Source: an archaeon (GTDB taxonomy: Archaea > Iainarchaeota > Iainarchaeia > Iainarchaeales > CSSED10-239). Taken from it: a stretch of DNA of 32,000 nt. Under the pieces are notes generated by a model, which was given only the letters and a program-made list of their open reading frames with translations, ran no database searches and was not told the origin of the DNA. Made by a program: the position numbers and the translations under genes. This document shows positions 26,758-32,000 of the stretch, piece by piece; position 1 is the first letter of the stretch, and each line of letters begins with the position of its first letter. Where the stretch lies: positions 1 through 32,000 of the forward strand of contig DAOMZT010000001.1 in NCBI GenBank assembly GCA_035400625.1. The letters are read 5' to 3'.

Positions 26758-28647
26758 ATGACAGAGCTTATATATTTTAGACATGATTCTTTCAGGAAAG
26801 GACAAAAAGAAATTATTAAAGATATTTATCAATCTGTTTCTTTAGGCAAGAACATCTTAGTGCATGCACCAACAGGAACAGGAAAAACAGACTCTGCTCT
26901 TTCGGCAGCAATAACTTTTGCCTTGAAAAAAGACCTAAAGGTTCTTTTCTTAACACCTAAAATTTCTCAACACAAAATTGCTATTGAAGTTATTGATGAC
27001 CTAAATGACAAATATAATCTAAAGATAAAAGCTGTTGATTTTGTTGGAAAGAAAAACATGTGTATTGATCCTGTAATCTCAAAAACAGACTCTAACTTTT
27101 ATGAAATCTGCAAGATGGCTTGCAAGAAAAAACAATGCCCTTTTTTTGAGAATATTAGGCCAAGTAACAAAGGACAAAGAGACCTTCTTTCTTACCTTCT
27201 TGAAAAAAAACTATCAGAAAAAGAAGTTTTGACACATTTAGAGATTAAAAATATGGCAAAAGAACTAAAAAGCGTTGCAGGAGATAGACAACCAGTTTGT
27301 GCTTATGAACTTGCAAAGTTATTTGCTAAAAGTTGCAGAGTAATTATTGCAGATTATTATCATGTCTTTTCTTCTAAGGTCATGGAATCTACACTTTCTG
27401 AAATTGGCATAAACTTAGAAGATTGTATTGTTGTTATCGATGAGGCGCATAACCTTGAAGACAGACTTTTGAAACTGCTTTCAAAATCACTAAACACAAA
27501 CATGCTTCATAGAGCAATCAAGGAAGCAAAAGAAATAAAGAATAATAAACTAAAAAACTTGTTAGATAAGCAACTTGATCATGTTGAGAAAATAGCTGAA
27601 GAAAAGCTTAAAAAAATAAAAGAAGAAAAAATAGGAAAAGATGAATTTTTGATAAAAGAGATTAAAGAAGATGTTATTTCAGTTATCGAAGAACTTGAGG
27701 AATCAGGACTTAAGTATATTGAAGAGCTAAAAGAAAGTAGCTCTGCTCTTATCTCTGTAGGGCTGTTCCTAGAAGAATGGATAAAAGAAAAAGATGCACA
27801 TATAAGATTTATTAGAAAAGAAAAAAACGCAATTAGTGTCAAGTATAATGCACTTGATGTTTCGCCATTAACAAAAAAAATATTTGAAAACTGCTATTCT
27901 TCTGTCTTGATGTCAGCAACATTAACACCACTTGCAATGTATGCAGACATTTTAGGCTTAAAAGAAGGGACAATAACTAAAGAATACCCTTCGCCATTTG
28001 ATAAAGAAAAAAGACTTAACCTCCTTATTAATGATGTTTCTACAAAATTTACACAAAGAACAGAAGAAGAATATAAAAAGATTGCAAGGCATGTAGAAAA
28101 ATGTGTAAATGCTATACCAGGAAACTGCGTGGTGTTCTTTCCAAGCTTTGAAGTATTGGGTGACATATATCGGTTGATGAGAAACATAAATAAACCAATT
28201 ATTGTTCAAGAAGAAAGAATGGATAGCTCTGATTTTGAAGAAATGATTCAGGGGTTTAAGAAACACTCAAAGAAGTTTGGAAGTATACTGATGGCGGTCA
28301 TGGGGGGAAAAGCTTCTGAAGGAATTGACCTGCCAGGAGAGCTTTTGATTGGTGCAGTTATTGTTGGGATACCTTTGGCAAAGATGGAATTAGAAACTAA
28401 AGCAAAGATTGACTATTATGAGATTAAATTTAGGAATGGCTGGAACTATGCATACATACAACCAGCTATACAAAAAGTCATACAGAGTGCTGGAAGAGTC
28501 ATAAGAACAGACAATGACAAAGGCGTTGTTGTTTTTATTGACTCTCGCTTCCATTGGGAAAACTATAGAAGATGCTTTTCTAAAGACACGCAGTTTGTTA
28601 TAAGTAAAGACCCTAAAAAAGAAATAGAAAGCTTTTTTGAAAATTAG
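26758..28647 (+). CDS. xpd: XPD/Rad3-family Fe-S DNA helicase
   Basis: 629 aa. Walker A HAPTGTGKTDSAL and DEAH box VVIDEAHNLED, with a Cys-rich Fe-S insert between them (NMCIDP, YEICKMACKKKQCPFF, QPVCAYE). C-terminal motif VIQSAGRVIR. Confidence 0.9.
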   Translation: MTELIYFRHDSFRKGQKEIIKDIYQSVSLGKNILVHAPTGTGKTDSALSAAITFALKKDLKVLFLTPKISQHKIAIEVIDDLNDKYNLKIKAVDFVGKKNMCIDPVISKTDSNFYEICKMACKKKQCPFFENIRPSNKGQRDLLSYLLEKKLSEKEVLTHLEIKNMAKELKSVAGDRQPVCAYELAKLFAKSCRVIIADYYHVFSSKVMESTLSEIGINLEDCIVVIDEAHNLEDRLLKLLSKSLNTNMLHRAIKEAKEIKNNKLKNLLDKQLDHVEKIAEEKLKKIKEEKIGKDEFLIKEIKEDVISVIEELEESGLKYIEELKESSSALISVGLFLEEWIKEKDAHIRFIRKEKNAISVKYNALDVSPLTKKIFENCYSSVLMSATLTPLAMYADILGLKEGTITKEYPSPFDKEKRLNLLINDVSTKFTQRTEEEYKKIARHVEKCVNAIPGNCVVFFPSFEVLGDIYRLMRNINKPIIVQEERMDSSDFEEMIQGFKKHSKKFGSILMAVMGGKASEGIDLPGELLIGAVIVGIPLAKMELETKAKIDYYEIKFRNGWNYAYIQPAIQKVIQSAGRVIRTDNDKGVVVFIDSRFHWENYRRCFSKDTQFVISKDPKKEIESFFEN

Positions 28648-28683
28648 TTTTTTTGTTCACTTTACTTGGTTTATAAAACTAAA

Positions 28684-28953
28684 TCAAACTTTGTTTTTTA
28701 ACCACATATCATATTCTTTATGATTTGCAAAACAACGATTGAATATTAATACGTCTCCATTTATTTTATAAGTTAATCTCGCAGAAGCAGTTACTTTTTC
28801 TACAAAATACGGACAACCATAATGCATGTGTTTTCTTGATAATTCTTCTCTTTTTATTTTTTCTATTTTTTTGTAAAATAATTTTTGTAATTCTAGGGGT
28901 AATTTCTTTAAACTTTAAAAGAACATATCATCATATTGTATTTTATATACCAA
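28684..28953 (-). pseudogene. RelE/ParE-superfamily toxin interrupted by an in-frame TAA
   Basis: Hand translation from TTG(28953) gives (M)VYKIQYDDMFF*SLKKLPLELQKLFYKKIEKIKREELSRKHMHYGCPYFVEKVTASARLTYKINGDVLIFNRCFANHKEYDMWLKNKV*. The TAA is at 28915..28917. No ATG lies upstream of the stop, and the only ATG after it is internal (HMHYG). The pattern matches small RelE-like toxins (YKI.Y...f...LKKLP......i...I..l ... RL.Y.i.....i). Confidence 0.55.
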
Positions 28954-28959
28954 TGCTAC

Positions 28960-29073
28960 TCACTTCTTTAAATATGAAAAAATTTTTTGAAAATCCTTCT
29001 CAGAATGTAATTTTGATTTACCTTGTTTGATTTTTTCCATATCCCTTTCTATGGCTTTTCCTAAAAGTTCCAT
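28960..29073 (-). CDS. 37-aa ORF, probably the detached C-terminal half of the antitoxin
   Basis: MELLGKAIERDMEKIKQGKSKLHSEKDFQKIFSYLKK*. Adding one A to the A8 run (genomic T8 at 29080..29087) fuses it in frame to the RHH ORF, giving a 93-aa ParD-like antitoxin. Confidence 0.4.
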   Translation of the reverse strand: MELLGKAIERDMEKIKQGKSKLHSEKDFQKIFSYLKK

Positions 29074-29075
29074 TT

Positions 29076-29240
29076 CTAATTTTTTTTATCAACTTTATGC
29101 TTGTGGGCAAGTTCCAAGATGCCAGCTCTAACAACTTCGCTTTTTGTAGCATAATAACCTTTATCTACAAAATCAGAAAGGTATTTTGCTTGTTTGCCTT
29201 TTAGTCTTACCATAAACTCTATTTCTTTTTCCTTAGCCAT
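29076..29240 (-). CDS. Ribbon-helix-helix (CopG/ParD-like) antitoxin, N-terminal part
   Basis: Hand translation gives MAKEKEIEFMVRLKGKQAKYLSDFVDKGYYATKSEVVRAGILELAHKHKVDKKN* (54 aa, below the ORF-track cutoff). The beta-strand plus YATKSEVVRAGILEL helix fits an RHH fold. Confidence 0.6.
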   Translation of the reverse strand: MAKEKEIEFMVRLKGKQAKYLSDFVDKGYYATKSEVVRAGILELAHKHKVDKKN

Positions 29241-29279
29241 AAATAATCACAAATATCTTAGAAACAAAGCAAATTTAAA

Positions 29280-29309
29280 TTGATATCATTTTGATATCTT
29301 TTTGATATC
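29280..29309. promoter_or_regulatory. Three direct repeats of TTGATATC at exact 11-bp spacing (candidate operator)
   Basis: GATATC occurs at 29282..29287, 29293..29298 and 29304..29309, each preceded by TT. The repeats sit immediately upstream of the TTTAAATT box of the antitoxin gene (minus strand) and overlap the last codons of the Lrp/AsnC gene. Confidence 0.45.
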
Positions 29310-30317
29310 AGATGATTTTTTGCTTTTATTTTCAGGAAGTAGAAGATCTCCAGGAAAGTAATTGAACAGATGCTCTTTGTGGATAGGGGTTGTTTCAAAT
29401 TCTTTGATTAGATCTTTAAACTTTTCTCTTACTGTTCTTGTAAAATATATCATCTCTTCTGAGTTTTTAACCTCAAAGTCAATTTCAAAATCCCAATAGC
29501 CAATAACTTTTGTAATATCAAAGACACACAGGTTGTTCTGAAGGAAAATAATCAACTGCTCTTCTTCTTGTTCTTTAATGTTATTGAACTTAATTAAAGA
29601 CTTATAAGCAAATCTCCCTGTCTTTTTAATATTAAGATGAGGCTTAAAGCCACAAATTATGTTTCTATCTTGCATACTTTTTATTCTGTAGATTACTGTG
29701 TTAGGAGATGTTTTAACTTTTCCTGCAAGCTCCATTGCCCCAACTCTGGCATTTTTGGAGATTGCAAAAAGAATCTTTAAATCTAAGTTGTCTAGTTTTT
29801 CGGTTGCTAGATAATCTGTGTCAATAAATGATTTCTTATTTATCTCTCTGTATTTTTTTGCAAAATAGTCCCTACCGAAATATATGTTTTCAAGAGTTGT
29901 TAAAACATCTAAGCTTCCTATATTTTCTGGAAACTCTTCTTTTATAGATTTTATAAAAGAATAATATTGAACAACATTACTTGCAAGATAATCAACTATT
30001 ATATCCCAATGACCTGTGCATTCTGCAAGATAAGAAACATTGTTGTCTTCTTTTATAAAAGAAATTAACTGTGCTTGAACCTCTGGAGAAATATTTGTTA
30101 ATCTTATCATTGTTCTGTAACTGGTATAGCCTAATTTTACAAAATTAATAACTGTGTAATAGCCTAGAATAATTTGGCGTTTTTCTAGATTGATTAGACG
30201 ATAGCTTAAGACCTGCTGGGAGGTTTTAAGAAGCTTTGCGATATTAGAGATCGGTTGCCTTGAATCTTTCTCCAATTCCAGTAAAAAGCGCATATCAAAT
30301 TTGTCTATTTCCTGCAT
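29286..30317 (-). CDS. Tandem (double) Lrp/AsnC-family transcriptional regulator
   Basis: There are two HTH plus ligand-domain modules. The first begins DKFDMRFLLELEKDSRQPISNIAKLLKTSQQVLSYRLINLEKRQII and the second DNLDLKILFAISKNARVGAMELAGKVKTSPNTVIYRIKSMQDRNII. The ORF track starts at 30401, but Met29 (ATG at 30317) is preferred because the first 28 codons read through a TATA-like box. Confidence 0.8.
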   Translation of the reverse strand: MQEIDKFDMRFLLELEKDSRQPISNIAKLLKTSQQVLSYRLINLEKRQIILGYYTVINFVKLGYTSYRTMIRLTNISPEVQAQLISFIKEDNNVSYLAECTGHWDIIVDYLASNVVQYYSFIKSIKEEFPENIGSLDVLTTLENIYFGRDYFAKKYREINKKSFIDTDYLATEKLDNLDLKILFAISKNARVGAMELAGKVKTSPNTVIYRIKSMQDRNIICGFKPHLNIKKTGRFAYKSLIKFNNIKEQEEEQLIIFLQNNLCVFDITKVIGYWDFEIDFEVKNSEEMIYFTRTVREKFKDLIKEFETTPIHKEHLFNYFPGDLLLPENKSKKSSDIKKISK

Positions 30318-30339
30318 ATTTGTATTTATGAGAAAAATG

Positions 30340-30347
30340 CATATAAA
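30340..30347 (-). promoter_or_regulatory. TATA-like box upstream of the Lrp/AsnC gene
   Basis: The minus strand reads TTTATATG followed by 22 nt and then ATG(30317). Confidence 0.35.
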
Positions 30348-30357
30348 TATTGCGATT

Positions 30358-30374
30358 TCACAAAAATTTTGTGA
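30358..30374. promoter_or_regulatory. 17-bp perfect palindrome TCACAAAA-A-TTTTGTGA in the divergent promoter region
   Basis: 8-bp arms. A third half-site, TTCACAAAA, at 30397..30405 abuts the TATA-like box of the 496-aa gene. Confidence 0.35.
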
Positions 30375-30404
30375 GAAAGATATATAAAGCTTCAAATTCA
30401 CAAA

Positions 30405-30412
30405 ATATTTAA
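30405..30412 (+). promoter_or_regulatory. TATA-like box upstream of the 496-aa gene
   Basis: ATATTTAA followed by 22 nt and then ATG(30435). Confidence 0.35.
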
Positions 30413-30434
30413 TTCAAGCCAAAAGTTTTCAAAT

Positions 30435-31925
30435 ATGAAAACAATCCTTGTAATTCCCCCCTACTTTCCGTTAATCGCTACGGAAGATGAGAATATTGAC
30501 AAAGAACCTAACAACGACCTACCAAAACCCCTTCTGCTTATGCCATATTTTCCGTTTTCTCTTAAGTCTTTTTCTTTCTTGTTCCTTGATTTTGAGATAA
30601 TGCATTCTAAAAAACCAAAAACACTTGATTCTTGTCTGGAATTGATAATGAAACAAAAGCCTAAAAAAATTGTTTTTGATTTCTTGCAAGAACAACAATT
30701 TGAAAAATACAATCAAAATCTGCAAAACATTATTGAAAAAATCAAAACACTATATCCTGAAATTAAAATTGAAGAATTGAAAAACAACAAAGAAGGAAAT
30801 TTTGAAGAAAAGAATTTAGAAAAGATAAAGGAAATTAGAAAATATGCTGTAAGAAATGAACAAAAGCTTTTTGTCATACAGGATTTAGCGAATTTAAAAG
30901 ATGTTTACAAAATATTAAACCAAGAAATTTATGACTTCTGGTTTTTTAACTTTAGATCTCATTCTTTAAAAGAAATATTAAAATTAAAAAAAGACTATTT
31001 TGATCTAAATTATTATCTTACTTGCGATTTTGAAAAACTTAATTGCCAAGATGCAAGATTATTATCAGAAAATGGGCTTGAAAAACTATATTTGAAATTA
31101 AAGATAAACAACAAATCTTTTGATTGTTTTTCAGAACATTTAGAGAAACTAAAAAACATCTCTTCTTTTTGTAAAATTGAGCTAACGATTATCCCTGAAA
31201 TCTCAGAAATAAAAAATATTGAACTGATTGATTTTCTAAACACCTTAGATTTAGAAAAAATAAAATATACTATTAAGCAAACAACAAGAAAAATAGAAAC
31301 AAAAACAGAATTTATTAATTTCGGGGTGTTGGCTTTACTTAATGCTCTTGAAAAAAAAGAAGAACTTAAAAAGAGGCTAATAGAAATACCAAAAATAAAA
31401 GACAAAACAACATTTGAACAAATTATTTCTTTTATTTTCAAAACAGAAAAGAAATATTTGGAATTTTATATTGACATCATACATTTCCTTGATGGTTTTT
31501 TCACAAAAGAAGAAATTATTGATTATCTAAATAGATTACACCCAGAAACCAAAAAAGAAAATATTGAAAAAATCGTTTATAATTTTATATCGCTTTTAGA
31601 AAAAGAAATGTTTATCGATTATGTTGATTCTAAAAAAGAACAGAAATCACATTATATAAGTGCACTGCCAAGAAATAACAATCTTTTTTACATGTACTCC
31701 TGTTCACAAAAAGGATATATCTTGGGGAAAAACCAAAAACTGGAAGAAGTGCCAAAAGATGTTTTCTTTTTCTTTGTGTTCTCTAAAGGAATCTTCATGC
31801 TTAGAGAAATTGCAAACAAGCTTCGTCTTCTGTTTAAGGACAAAAAAGAGTTTAGCAAGGACAACTACCTTAAGAGCACAGAGAAGATATACAATACTCT
31901 TAAACAATATGGGCTTTGCAAATAA
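30435..31925 (+). CDS. Hypothetical 496-aa protein (orphan); possible PqqD/RRE-like winged-helix modules at the C-terminus
   Basis: ORF track. Lys/Glu/Ile-rich. The N-terminus MKTILVIPPYFPL recalls the B12-binding-type N-terminus of some radical SAM enzymes, but there is no CxxxCxxC. FTKEEIIDYLNRLHPETKKENIEKIVYNFISLLEKEMFI and the final ~70 aa loosely resemble PqqD-like domains. Confidence 0.6.
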   Translation: MKTILVIPPYFPLIATEDENIDKEPNNDLPKPLLLMPYFPFSLKSFSFLFLDFEIMHSKKPKTLDSCLELIMKQKPKKIVFDFLQEQQFEKYNQNLQNIIEKIKTLYPEIKIEELKNNKEGNFEEKNLEKIKEIRKYAVRNEQKLFVIQDLANLKDVYKILNQEIYDFWFFNFRSHSLKEILKLKKDYFDLNYYLTCDFEKLNCQDARLLSENGLEKLYLKLKINNKSFDCFSEHLEKLKNISSFCKIELTIIPEISEIKNIELIDFLNTLDLEKIKYTIKQTTRKIETKTEFINFGVLALLNALEKKEELKKRLIEIPKIKDKTTFEQIISFIFKTEKKYLEFYIDIIHFLDGFFTKEEIIDYLNRLHPETKKENIEKIVYNFISLLEKEMFIDYVDSKKEQKSHYISALPRNNNLFYMYSCSQKGYILGKNQKLEEVPKDVFFFFVFSKGIFMLREIANKLRLLFKDKKEFSKDNYLKSTEKIYNTLKQYGLCK

Positions 31926-32000
31926 CCTCACATAATAGCTTTTAATATGTTTCTATTATATGATATTTATAATAAAAGTGAAACATAACATGTCAGAAGA

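Noticed and set aside
27579-28266. Minus-strand ORFs of 87-102 aa inside the XPD gene, plus 20129..20380(+), 20821..21027(+), 24092..24286(+), 24909..25094(+), 25493..25720(+), 26191..26407(+), 30461..30725(-), 31013..31441(-) and 31660..31935
   Set aside because: All overlap well-supported genes on the opposite strand or in another frame and have low-complexity translations with no recognisable motifs.
28915-28962. In-frame TGA (28960..28962) and TAA (28915..28917) as evidence for stop-codon reassignment
   Set aside because: ORFs of 3116, at least 2408, 804, 629 and 613 codons are intact under the standard code. TAA (giant B, 602-aa gene, lemA), TAG (phosphatase, RHH) and TGA (Lrp) all terminate well-supported genes. 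The TGA is simply the antitoxin stop, and the TAA is best read as a nonsense mutation.
28836-29030. 64-aa plus-strand ORF (MIILLFLFFLFFCKIIF...)
   Set aside because: It is antisense to the toxin-antitoxin genes. The Phe/Leu/Ile-rich translation is the complement of the Lys/Glu-rich coding strand.
30318-30401. First 28 codons of the 371-aa ORF (MNLKLYISFSQNFCEIAIFICIFLINTN)
   Set aside because: This stretch reads through a TATA-like box and the palindromic operator and has no similarity to Lrp/AsnC N-termini. Met29 (MQEIDKFD...) sits 22 nt downstream of the box and is the likely true start.
31990-32000. ATG at 31990 (ATGTCAGAAGA) as the start of a further plus-strand gene
   Set aside because: Only 11 nt are visible, so it cannot be evaluated.

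Overview
AT-rich window (about 30% GC by eye), apparently from a small-genome uncultivated prokaryote. An archaeon (DPANN-like) is favoured by three things: TATA-like boxes 21-25 nt upstream of several ATGs (leaderless style), an XPD/Rad3 Fe-S helicase, and a tandem Lrp/AsnC regulator. A CPR bacterium cannot be excluded from this sequence alone. The genetic code looks standard, since TAA, TAG and TGA all terminate long intact ORFs. Positions 1-26525 form one co-directional minus-strand block. The first 18.6 kb (~58% of the window) is a three-gene locus. It holds a 3116-aa membrane-anchored giant protein (9241..18591) ending in a papain-fold NlpC/P60-CHAP-like domain, and a 602-aa Cys-rich protein with a prepilin-type (class III) signal peptide (7383..9191). 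The third gene is a paralogous giant protein (1..7225, at least 2408 codons) that is absent from the supplied ORF track because it runs off the window edge. This locus is the main candidate for an undescribed system, possibly a cell-surface attachment/attack apparatus. The rest is mostly ordinary: LemA, an LMW phosphatase, a frameshifted gene with a weak HIT-like motif, PEP synthase, DUF2207, a PRTase, an EFR1-type flavodoxin-ferredoxin and the XPD helicase. Also present are a decayed RHH/RelE-ParE toxin-antitoxin module with a helically phased TTGATATC repeat, a double Lrp/AsnC regulator, and a divergently transcribed 496-aa orphan. I saw no rRNA, tRNA, CRISPR array, transposase or integrase. 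All domain calls are by-eye motif recognition, not database searches.
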